This document shows positions 28,344-36,776 of a stretch of DNA of 64,000 bases, in pieces. This stretch comes from an uncultured Eubacteriales bacterium. GTDB taxonomy: Bacteria; Bacillota_I; Bacilli_A; RF39; UBA660. The DNA lies in contig CAUUHY010000002.1 of assembly GCA_963545265.1 (NCBI GenBank), forward strand, positions 12,953 to 76,952. Direction: 5' to 3'. The translations under genes and the position numbers were made by a program. The number at the start of each line of letters is the position of its first letter. The stretch's first letter is position 1. A model generated the notes under the pieces. It was not told the DNA's origin. It did no database searches and saw only the letters and a list, made by a program, of their open reading frames with translations.

Positions 28344-29735
28344 TTAGCTTAAATTTTTTCTTACTTCTTCTTCATCATTCATTACTATTGGACCAGTAAT
28401 ACATTTATGACTTTTTTCGTTTCCTTTTCCTAAAATAAATATAATATCATCTTTTTTAGCAATTTTCATAGCTTTTTTTATAGCTTTCTTCCTATCTACT
28501 TCAATTATATAATGATCATTTTTAAAACCAGTTATTATTTCATTAATTATATCTAGTGGATCTTCATTTGCTGGGTCATCAAAACATAGAATTGATATAT
28601 CAGCTTTTTCACTAAGTAATTCCCCTACTATTGGTCTTTTTCCTTTATCTCTACTACCTGCCATACCTGTAACTACTATTTTTCTATTTACTTTTAAATT
28701 ATCTGCAAGACTTAAAATATTTTTAATAGCATTAACTGTATGAGCATAATCTATTACTATTTTATAATCTTGTCCCATATCAATAAAATTAACTCTACCA
28801 GGAATAGATATATTCTTTATATTATCTTTATACTCAATATTTAATTTTTCACATAATAATATTGCTGCTGATAAATTATATACATTAAAACTTCCAATAA
28901 GTGGTGAATTTATATTAATTCTCTTATCATCATAAATAATATCAAACTTAGTAGAATGATCAAAATATTCTATGTTTTTAAAACTTAAATCCGCATCTTT
29001 TCCATAACTATAATTAATTTTATTAATCTTCTTAAAATCTTCATATAATTTATCATCTTTATTTAAAATAGCAATTCCATCTTCTTTTAAATGATGAAAT
29101 ATTTCTTTTTTACATTCAATATAATTTTCTATTGTTTTATGTACATTTAAATGATCTCTTGTAACATTAGTTAAAATAAGAGCATCAAAATATAAATTTC
29201 TAAGTCTTTTCCTAAATGATGCTTCACTTGATACTTCCATAACTATATATTTACATCCAGCATCTTTTAATTCTTTAAAATATTTATACATTAAATCAGC
29301 ATCAGGTGTTGTGTTATTTGTTTCTTTATGAAATTTACTACAAGAATATCCATTTGTACCAATATATCCACATATATCATTACCTATTAATGTAGATAAA
29401 ATCATTGCCGTACTTGTTTTTCCATCAGTTCCAGTAACTCCAAATAATTTAAAGTCCCCTTCATGATAATCATATAACTTTCTAGCAATTTTAGGCATTT
29501 CTTCATCACAATCATCTACTTTTATAACTAATACATCATCTCTTTTAATGTCTTTACTTACAACTATAACTGATGCACCATTATTTACTGCTTCATCAAT
29601 AAATTCATGTCTGTCAAAATTAACTCCACTAACACATACAAATATATCTTTAGGTTTAACTGCTTTTGAATTTATTTTTATATCCTTTACTTCTATATCA
29701 CTATTTATATTAAATATATCTTTTACTGTTTTCAT
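28344..29735 (-). CDS. murE: UDP-N-acetylmuramoyl-L-alanyl-D-glutamate--diamino acid ligase (MurE)
   Basis: Mur ligase P-loop GVTGTDGKTST, a DSR-equivalent N-domain and C-terminal GKGNE. Its specificity motif is DDPA rather than DNPR. Confidence 0.9.
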   Translation of the reverse strand: MKTVKDIFNINSDIEVKDIKINSKAVKPKDIFVCVSGVNFDRHEFIDEAVNNGASVIVVSKDIKRDDVLVIKVDDCDEEMPKIARKLYDYHEGDFKLFGVTGTDGKTSTAMILSTLIGNDICGYIGTNGYSCSKFHKETNNTTPDADLMYKYFKELKDAGCKYIVMEVSSEASFRKRLRNLYFDALILTNVTRDHLNVHKTIENYIECKKEIFHHLKEDGIAILNKDDKLYEDFKKINKINYSYGKDADLSFKNIEYFDHSTKFDIIYDDKRININSPLIGSFNVYNLSAAILLCEKLNIEYKDNIKNISIPGRVNFIDMGQDYKIVIDYAHTVNAIKNILSLADNLKVNRKIVVTGMAGSRDKGKRPIVGELLSEKADISILCFDDPANEDPLDIINEIITGFKNDHYIIEVDRKKAIKKAMKIAKKDDIIFILGKGNEKSHKCITGPIVMNDEEEVRKNLS

Positions 29736-30613
29736 AAGTTCTTTATTATTACCTCCAACTCTGCTTCGTAACTTTTACCAGTTTTTAATTTTATTTCTAT
29801 ATCTGCTAATTTATTTAATAAATTAATTAATTCTTCTTGTTCATATAAATAATCATTTTCAATTATCTTATCAAATCTATATTTATTTATTCCAAGTTCT
29901 TTTAATATTTCACTATTACTTAAATTTTGTTCTTTATATAATTTATATTTTAATAAGATTCTAAACTGTTCTGCTATTTGATAAATTATATGTAAAAGTT
30001 CCATATCTTTATTATTTTTTAAATCATCTAATATTTCTAATGCTTTATCAGTATTCTTTTTACCTATCATATCAAGTAAAGTAAATATATTGATATTTAA
30101 ATCTTTAACTGCTATTTTCTTTATATCATCAATAGTTATTTTACTATTATCATTTTTATAATCTTTAATATTTTTTAAAGCATTTATAACCTTATAATTT
30201 TCATTTCCAACATAATCTATTAAAAATCTTTTTGTACTATTATCTATATTATAATTTTCATCTATATATGAATATATATTTATTTTTTCATCCATTACTT
30301 TACTATATTTTTTTAAACTAGTATCTTCTTTATCTGCTAGTATCAATAATATATTATTAGGATTAGGATTTTCTAAATACTTAATAAATTTGGCAGAATT
30401 TTTTAAATCTTTAGTTTTAAAATTATAAAGAATTACAAGTTTATTAGGAACTAAAAAATTATATGAATCTAATACAACAATTAAATCTTCAATACTTCTT
30501 GTATTATAATCAAACTTTTCTATTTCATAATCTTTATATTTATCTTTTAATATATCTAAATTATAATCTATTACTATTTTATCTTCACTTACTAAAGAAT
30601 ATACATAATCCAT
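29732..30613 (-). CDS. holA: DNA polymerase III delta subunit
   Basis: Size, helical C-terminal domain and N-terminal pattern (..SLVSEDKIVID.., LDSYNFLVPNKLVILYN) resemble HolA. The assignment rests on weak similarity only. Confidence 0.6.
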   Translation of the reverse strand: MDYVYSLVSEDKIVIDYNLDILKDKYKDYEIEKFDYNTRSIEDLIVVLDSYNFLVPNKLVILYNFKTKDLKNSAKFIKYLENPNPNNILLILADKEDTSLKKYSKVMDEKINIYSYIDENYNIDNSTKRFLIDYVGNENYKVINALKNIKDYKNDNSKITIDDIKKIAVKDLNINIFTLLDMIGKKNTDKALEILDDLKNNKDMELLHIIYQIAEQFRILLKYKLYKEQNLSNSEILKELGINKYRFDKIIENDYLYEQEELINLLNKLADIEIKLKTGKSYEAELEVIIKNL

Positions 30614-30651
30614 TATCTCACCACTTCCATTATAACAAAAAAATGATATAT

Positions 30652-31047
30652 TTATATATCATTTTTATATTTTCTATCTTTTTTATAATTATGATTTATT
30701 TCATATTCTCTTAAAAGTATTAATCCCAAAATCCAATAACCTAATTCAATTATTTCAATATATTTTTCATAACTTACATCTTCTGGAAATACAATAACAT
30801 TATATCGAATTTTTTGTAATTCTAAATGATTTATATATATTAAAGATTTATATTTTATATAAATTTTTAACCATTTTCTTATGTAATTTAATTTTTCTTT
30901 TATTTTTTTATCAATATCATTTTCATTTAAAGAACTATCTAATAACAAAATATATGTAGCATGATATAAAAGTCTAGCAAAACAATATTCAATATTTTCT
31001 TCAGTAGGATTACTAGAAGTATAAACTTTGTTTTTATCAATTTTCAT
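30652..31047 (-). CDS. small helical protein, paralogue A of a three-member family (unknown function)
   Basis: Shares NIEYCF.RLLY...YL and NYI(K/R)KWLKIYIK..SL.YI(N/D)H blocks with the ORFs at 31700-32089 and 32099-32440. Confidence 0.55.
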   Translation of the reverse strand: MKIDKNKVYTSSNPTEENIEYCFARLLYHATYILLLDSSLNENDIDKKIKEKLNYIRKWLKIYIKYKSLIYINHLELQKIRYNVIVFPEDVSYEKYIEIIELGYWILGLILLREYEINHNYKKDRKYKNDI

Positions 31048-31143
31048 AGTTTATATTTACTAAACCATCCTTCTTTTATTTCCCTTTGATTTTTGAAAAA
31101 ATAATTTATACGTAATGTGCCACTAATATCAAAAGAGACTACC

Positions 31144-31671
31144 TTAATCATCGTATTCCTCTTTAGCTAGGCGAATAACTTCAGATATAAATTCATTTTT
31201 TCCTTGAGTATATTTAGGTCTTTCGTCAGCATATTTTTTTGCTAAATCTTGCTTTAAATCACAATATTTTTTAATATATTTTGGGTGTTCTATTAAATAT
31301 TTTTTAAAATAAATTTGATTATAATATGTATTACTTTTTGGATAAGTAAAATGTATATAATGACTTCTTGCTTTTTCAGGTCCTTTTGCAAAGAAAAATC
31401 TATCACTAACTCCTTGTGGTCCTCTATTTTCATAATCATAATCTTTTAATAATTCTTCAATTGCGTTTATTTTATTAAGATCATCAATTACAATTAAAAT
31501 ATCTATTACTGGTTTAGCCATTAATCCTTCAATAGATGTACTACCAATATGATGAATTTCTATAATTCTATCACCTAATACTTTTTTTAGTAGTTCTTCC
31601 TCCTTTTTATAATCTTCTTTCCATTTTTCACTATAAGTTTCTAATTCAACAATACCTCTTTGTAATGCCAT
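31144..31671 (-). CDS. grpB: GrpB family (UPF0157) nucleotidyltransferase-fold protein
   Basis: HIGSTSIEGLMAKPVIDILIV (NTase G[ST]..D.D core), RFFF.KG, HYIHF and ERPKYT.GK are characteristic of GrpB. Confidence 0.85.
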   Translation of the reverse strand: MALQRGIVELETYSEKWKEDYKKEEELLKKVLGDRIIEIHHIGSTSIEGLMAKPVIDILIVIDDLNKINAIEELLKDYDYENRGPQGVSDRFFFAKGPEKARSHYIHFTYPKSNTYYNQIYFKKYLIEHPKYIKKYCDLKQDLAKKYADERPKYTQGKNEFISEVIRLAKEEYDD

Positions 31672-31699
31672 AATTTTTTCCTCCTTTTTTATAAACAGA

Positions 31700-32089
31700 T
31701 TATATCTCTTTGATATTATCGATTTCTGTTTTTCTAAGGCATATTATAGCCCAAATCCAATCTATTGTAATACGTATTTTTACTGGATAACTATCTTCTT
31801 TTGTATAATATAATTCTTGTGTATTATTATATACTTTAATTAATTCTTTATGATCTATATATACTAAAGTTCTTTGTTTAATATATATTTTTAACCATTT
31901 TTTTACGTAATTTAGTATTATTTTAATATCTTGTTTTAAATAACTATATTCTTCATCTAAAATTAAATATTCTAAATAAAATATTGCTTGAGAAAAAGCA
32001 TATTCTATATTTTGGTGATTAACTAGCTTAATATTAAAATTTTTCTCATAGAATATTTGACTTTTAAGTTTATGATTATTATTTTTCAT
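31700..32089 (-). CDS. small helical protein, paralogue B
   Basis: NIEYAFSQAIFYLEYL and NYVKKWLKIYIKQRTLVYIDH blocks. Confidence 0.55.
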   Translation of the reverse strand: MKNNNHKLKSQIFYEKNFNIKLVNHQNIEYAFSQAIFYLEYLILDEEYSYLKQDIKIILNYVKKWLKIYIKQRTLVYIDHKELIKVYNNTQELYYTKEDSYPVKIRITIDWIWAIICLRKTEIDNIKEI

Positions 32090-32098
32090 ATTTTTTTC

Positions 32099-32440
32099 CT
32101 AGTTATTTTTCAATATAATTAATTCTTTTACACAATTATATAATTCTAATATTTCTACACATTTTTTGTTTATTTTCTTAGTTTCAAATAAATCATCTAT
32201 AATCTTTAAAACTTTATCTATATCGCTATTATCAATATCTTTTAAAGATTTAAATTTTATATAAGTTTTCAACCATTTTTTTATATAAATTAAAATAATA
32301 GATATTTCATAATTTATATGTTTATATTCTAGATTAATATTTAAATATTCTGTATAATACAAAAGTCTAGTAAAACAATATTCTATTTTATTTTCTTTTT
32401 CATTAAAAATATTAAAATTTGAATCTTTTTTCATACGCAA
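32099..32440 (-). CDS. small helical protein, paralogue C
   Basis: KIEYCFTRLLYYTEYL and IYIKKWLKTYIKFKSL blocks. It starts 13 nt after the alaS stop. Confidence 0.55.
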   Translation of the reverse strand: MRMKKDSNFNIFNEKENKIEYCFTRLLYYTEYLNINLEYKHINYEISIILIYIKKWLKTYIKFKSLKDIDNSDIDKVLKIIDDLFETKKINKKCVEILELYNCVKELIILKNN

Positions 32441-32453
32441 TTCTTCTTTTTGA

Positions 32454-35108
32454 TTAATTATTTATATCTTCTATTAATTTTTCTTCTAATTGTTTTATTA
32501 CTTCTTCAGTATTTATATCTTCTTTAGTACCACCTGTTGCAAGTAAATTATTTCCTCCACCATTTCCATTTGTAAGTGAAGAGAAGTATTTTATATAATC
32601 TACTGCAGATAGCTTGTTAGTTGATTTAGCAACATATGCTAAAGAATCTTCATTTTTAATTAAAGTAAATATAAATATTTCTTTTTCTTTATTAGAAATA
32701 TTATCTAAAAGTTCTTTTGCAGTTTTAACATCTATTTCTTTAACTCCAAATATTAAGTATTTAGTATTATTTACTTCTTTTATATTAGATAAATATTTAT
32801 CAGTTTGATCAAGTACTTTTTCTTTAACTTTTTCTTTATACTCTTTTTCTAATTCAATAACATCATTTTTTAAAGATTCTGTTATATTTTTATAATATAC
32901 TATAGATTCATAAGAATTTAATTCTTTTTCTTCAAAATATAACTTAAAATCTAAATTAATATTTTTACTATTAGCACTATCTATAATATTTCTAGATTTA
33001 TTAATTATCTTATCTATTTCTGTTAAATAATTACTTACTTTTTCTTTTACTTTATCTTTAATAAATCCTTCGTGAGTTGCTTCTATTCTATAAATATTAC
33101 TTCCTTTTGATTCAATAGATAAAATAGCGCATTTTCCTATTAAAGAAGTGTTTTCTACGTGACATCCACCACATAGTTCAATAGACTCATTAAAACTTAC
33201 TACTCTTACTATATCTGAATATTTTTCACCAAATAAGTGCATTGAATTAAGTTTAAATGCTTCTTCTTTAGGTAAATATTTAATATCTCTTTTGATACTT
33301 TCTTTAATTCTTTCATTTACTCTTTTTTCTACTTCGATGATTTCTTCATCTCCAATTTTCTTAATATAAGTAAAATCAAATCTTAAATAATCTTCATCTA
33401 CATAACTACCTGCTTGTTTAACATCTCCTAAAACATTTTGTAATTCTTTTTGAAGTAAATGTGTTAATGTATGATTCTTTGTAACATTTTCTCTTCTTGT
33501 TTTATTAATTTTTTGTATTAATTTATCTCCAACATTAATATTTCCTTCAATATTGTCTAATATAAGTAAGTTTTGTTTAAATGGAGCTTTTTTACAATCT
33601 ATTACATCTGCTTTAAAGTTAGAATTTTCTACTGTTCCAGTGTCTCCTACTTGACCACCAGACTCAGCATAAAAACATGTTTCTTTTAAGATTATGCTAT
33701 TATCAAATACTCCTATTACTTCACTTTCAAGTTCATAAGTATCTTCTATAAACTTACTTTCTTCTTGAAAGTTTAATAATTGATCATTTTGAATATTCAT
33801 AGATGTAGATTGATTAAAGTTTCTTGATTTTTCTCTATGTTCTTTGATAAGTTCATTTACTTTATCTATATCTGTAGTAATATTTTCTTCATCTAAATAT
33901 TCTAAAGTAAAATCTATTGGAAAACCATAAGTATCATATAGTCTATATACATCTAAAGCATCGATATTCTTATCAGAATTATTTGCTTGTTTTATTAATT
34001 CTTCTAACTTTTTAAATCCTGTTTCTAAAGTATCTTTGAATAATTTTTCTTCTCTATATATACTTTCTTGAATATTAGGTAAATTTTCTTCAAGTTCAGG
34101 ATAACTTTCTTTCATTACATCAACCACTTCATTAACTATTCTATATAAAAATGGCTCATTAATTCCTAATTTTTTACCCATTCTAACACTTCTTCTAAGT
34201 AATCTTCTTAATACATAATCTCTTCCAGTATTACCAAAATTAGCTTTATCAGAAAGCGCCATAGTAATACATCTAATATGATCTGCTATTACTTTAAATG
34301 GTGTTGAATTATCATATTTTTTATTTGCTATTTTTTCTATTTCTTTAATAATTGGTTGAAATAAGTCTGTATCAAATATTGAATTAACATTTTGAAACAT
34401 TAAACACCATCTCTCAAGTCCTGCTCCAGTATCTATATTTTTAGATGGTAATTCTTCATAATCTTCTCTTTTTACACCTTTTTTAGCATTATATTGAGAA
34501 AAAACATTATTCCATATTTCTACAAATCTTTCTTGTTCTTCATCTTTAAAGAAAGCTTCTTTTGCTTCTTCTCCTCCAAACTCTTCTCCTCTATCAAAGA
34601 ATATTTCAGTATCAGGTCCACTTGGTCCTTCTCCTATTTCCCAGTAATTTCCATCAAGTAAAACTAAATGCGATTCATCTATTCCAAGAGACATCCATTT
34701 ATTTTTAGTTTCAGTATCGTGAGTATAAACAGTCATATAAAGTTTTTCTTTTGGTATATCCATATAATCTATTAAAAATTCATAAGCAAATTCTATAGCT
34801 TCATTCTTAAAATAATCTCCAATTGAGAAATTTCCCATCATTTCAAAGAAAGTTAAATGTCTTTTAGTAACTCCTACATTTTCTATATCATTAGTTCTAA
34901 TACATTTTTGAATATTTACTATTCTTCTAGATTCTGGAATTTTTGATCCATCTAAATATTTTTTAAGTGGTGTAACTCCCGCATTATTAAATAGTAAACT
35001 ATCATCATCAAGTGGAACAAGAGACGCACTAGGCATCTTTAAATGTCCCTTACTTTCAAAAAAATTATACCATTTTTCTCTTATTTCATTGTGTGTTAAG
35101 TAATTCAT
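32454..35108 (-). CDS. alaS: alanine--tRNA ligase
   Basis: FFESKGH..PSASLVP..D.SLLFNNAGV, FEMMGNFSIGDYFK, editing-domain HTLTHLL and CGGCHV, and a C-terminal DHHA1-like GGG region. 884 aa. Confidence 0.97.
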   Translation of the reverse strand: MNYLTHNEIREKWYNFFESKGHLKMPSASLVPLDDDSLLFNNAGVTPLKKYLDGSKIPESRRIVNIQKCIRTNDIENVGVTKRHLTFFEMMGNFSIGDYFKNEAIEFAYEFLIDYMDIPKEKLYMTVYTHDTETKNKWMSLGIDESHLVLLDGNYWEIGEGPSGPDTEIFFDRGEEFGGEEAKEAFFKDEEQERFVEIWNNVFSQYNAKKGVKREDYEELPSKNIDTGAGLERWCLMFQNVNSIFDTDLFQPIIKEIEKIANKKYDNSTPFKVIADHIRCITMALSDKANFGNTGRDYVLRRLLRRSVRMGKKLGINEPFLYRIVNEVVDVMKESYPELEENLPNIQESIYREEKLFKDTLETGFKKLEELIKQANNSDKNIDALDVYRLYDTYGFPIDFTLEYLDEENITTDIDKVNELIKEHREKSRNFNQSTSMNIQNDQLLNFQEESKFIEDTYELESEVIGVFDNSIILKETCFYAESGGQVGDTGTVENSNFKADVIDCKKAPFKQNLLILDNIEGNINVGDKLIQKINKTRRENVTKNHTLTHLLQKELQNVLGDVKQAGSYVDEDYLRFDFTYIKKIGDEEIIEVEKRVNERIKESIKRDIKYLPKEEAFKLNSMHLFGEKYSDIVRVVSFNESIELCGGCHVENTSLIGKCAILSIESKGSNIYRIEATHEGFIKDKVKEKVSNYLTEIDKIINKSRNIIDSANSKNINLDFKLYFEEKELNSYESIVYYKNITESLKNDVIELEKEYKEKVKEKVLDQTDKYLSNIKEVNNTKYLIFGVKEIDVKTAKELLDNISNKEKEIFIFTLIKNEDSLAYVAKSTNKLSAVDYIKYFSSLTNGNGGGNNLLATGGTKEDINTEEVIKQLEEKLIEDINN

Positions 35109-35637
35109 TATAATGCTCCTTTATTATATTAATAGTATCTTCTTTAAGTTTTTCTAATGTAGTATTTTCTATTACATAATCAAATTTATCATAATTATCA
35201 AGTTCTACTTCAGTTCTATGTTTTTTTTGTTCATCACTAAATCCATTATCAAAATCTTTTCTAATTATTTTTAATTTCAATGGTTTTGTCACTTTAGAGA
35301 TTTTTTCTATCTCTAATATAAGCCTTATATCTGTAATGATTAAAAAATCAAAAAAGTATGATAATACATCTATATCTTCTATCATTCTATTTACAAAAAA
35401 TTCTTCTTTACCAAGTTTTTCTCTAATTATTTCTGTACCTAGTTTTTGTAATAAATCTCTAGGTTTTGTTTCTTCTCTTCCGTCCCATCCAAAATAATAT
35501 TTTGCATATTCTTTTAATGGTCTTGAGATTTGACTTCTTGCTACTTTATAACCTTTTTCTTTTAAATACTCTTCTATTATATTTCCTGTAGTATCTTTAC
35601 CATGTCTTCCTTTTCCTGCAATTAAAATAACTTCCAT
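35086..35637 (-). CDS. P-loop kinase, deoxynucleoside monophosphate kinase-like family
   Basis: Walker A AGKGRHGKDT, LQKLGTEIIRE and ITDIRLILEIE resemble the dNMP-kinase family pattern (GSGKDT ... lGte..R ... itDvRf.nE). It overlaps both neighbouring genes. Confidence 0.55.
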   Translation of the reverse strand: MEVILIAGKGRHGKDTTGNIIEEYLKEKGYKVARSQISRPLKEYAKYYFGWDGREETKPRDLLQKLGTEIIREKLGKEEFFVNRMIEDIDVLSYFFDFLIITDIRLILEIEKISKVTKPLKLKIIRKDFDNGFSDEQKKHRTEVELDNYDKFDYVIENTTLEKLKEDTINIIKEHYNELLNTQ

Positions 35638-36719
35638 TTAAATTCTCCTTTTATACTTAAATATATAACTCTCAAACATGCCATTATAGGTGTTGCAAAT
35701 ATCATTCCTGCTATACCAAAGCTAGCACCTATAGATAAACCTAAAATAATTAAAACCGGGTGTAGTTTCATAGTTTTACTCATTATATTAGGTGTAATTA
35801 AATAACTTTCTATAAATTGACATAAAATAACACTGATTAAAGTTGCAACTCCAATTGAAGGAGATATAGTAAATCCTACAACAACTGCCGGAATTCCTCC
35901 AATATATGGTCCAATATATGGAATCATATTAGTAAATGCACAAAAGAATCCAAATGCTAAAGGTGAAGGTAATCCAGATATTTTAAATGCTAAAGTTTGA
36001 CATATACATAGTAATATGACAACTATAAATGTACTTTTTACATATTGTCTAAATGTATCTTCTAATTCTTTAATAGTTTTTACTAAAAATACAGCTTTTT
36101 CTCCTTTAATTAGTCTTCTAGCTTTTAATCTAATATTAGGAAGATCGATTAATATATAAAATCCTATAATAAATGATAAGAAACTTTCTATACTAGTTTT
36201 AAGTAAAGATTTAATTATATTTAAAACAAAATCAGGATTAAAATCAGATATTTTTTCAAAATTGGCCATTATATTTTTATAAATAATATTTTTAATAGTA
36301 TCAAAATCCAAATGGAATCTTACTGAAAAATGTTGAATAATCATATCTAAATTGTTTTTCCCTGTATCGAGTAATTTAGGTGACATATTAGCGAAATCTT
36401 TTATTTGATCATATAAAACTGGTAAAAAGATATTTATTACAAATATAAAAAATAAAACTATAAGTAAATAAACTATAATAGTTGCTAGAAATCTTGAAAT
36501 CTTTTTATTTGTTAAAAATGTAACTACAGGATCAAATAACCAAGCTATTAAAAATCCAAAAAATACAGGTGAAATAATACCAATAATATATTGAATAATA
36601 TTAAATAATTTTATTTCTTTAGCTATATAAATAATTATTAGTGCAATAGCAACACAAAGTATAATAAATAATGCTTTTAAGCATTTAATTCCTAAACTAA
36701 TTAACTTTTCTTTTTCCAT
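35622..36719 (-). CDS. AI-2E (PerM/UPF0118) family transporter
   Basis: Polytopic (about 8 TM) protein with an IPYIGPYIGGIPA motif typical of the family. Confidence 0.78.
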   Translation of the reverse strand: MEKEKLISLGIKCLKALFIILCVAIALIIIYIAKEIKLFNIIQYIIGIISPVFFGFLIAWLFDPVVTFLTNKKISRFLATIIVYLLIVLFFIFVINIFLPVLYDQIKDFANMSPKLLDTGKNNLDMIIQHFSVRFHLDFDTIKNIIYKNIMANFEKISDFNPDFVLNIIKSLLKTSIESFLSFIIGFYILIDLPNIRLKARRLIKGEKAVFLVKTIKELEDTFRQYVKSTFIVVILLCICQTLAFKISGLPSPLAFGFFCAFTNMIPYIGPYIGGIPAVVVGFTISPSIGVATLISVILCQFIESYLITPNIMSKTMKLHPVLIILGLSIGASFGIAGMIFATPIMACLRVIYLSIKGEFKWKLF

Positions 36720-36776
36720 TAAATACCTCCTCTTAAGTTTAACACAAAACCAATATCTTTTTTTATATTTAGTAAA

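Noticed and set aside
30652-30720. R-x5-H-x-Y (REYEINHNY) near the C-terminus of small paralogue A, resembling the HEPN Rx4-6H RNase motif.
   Set aside because: The motif is absent from paralogues B (RKTEIDN) and C, so it is not a conserved family feature and may be chance. I keep the four-helix/HEPN-like idea only as a structural hypothesis.
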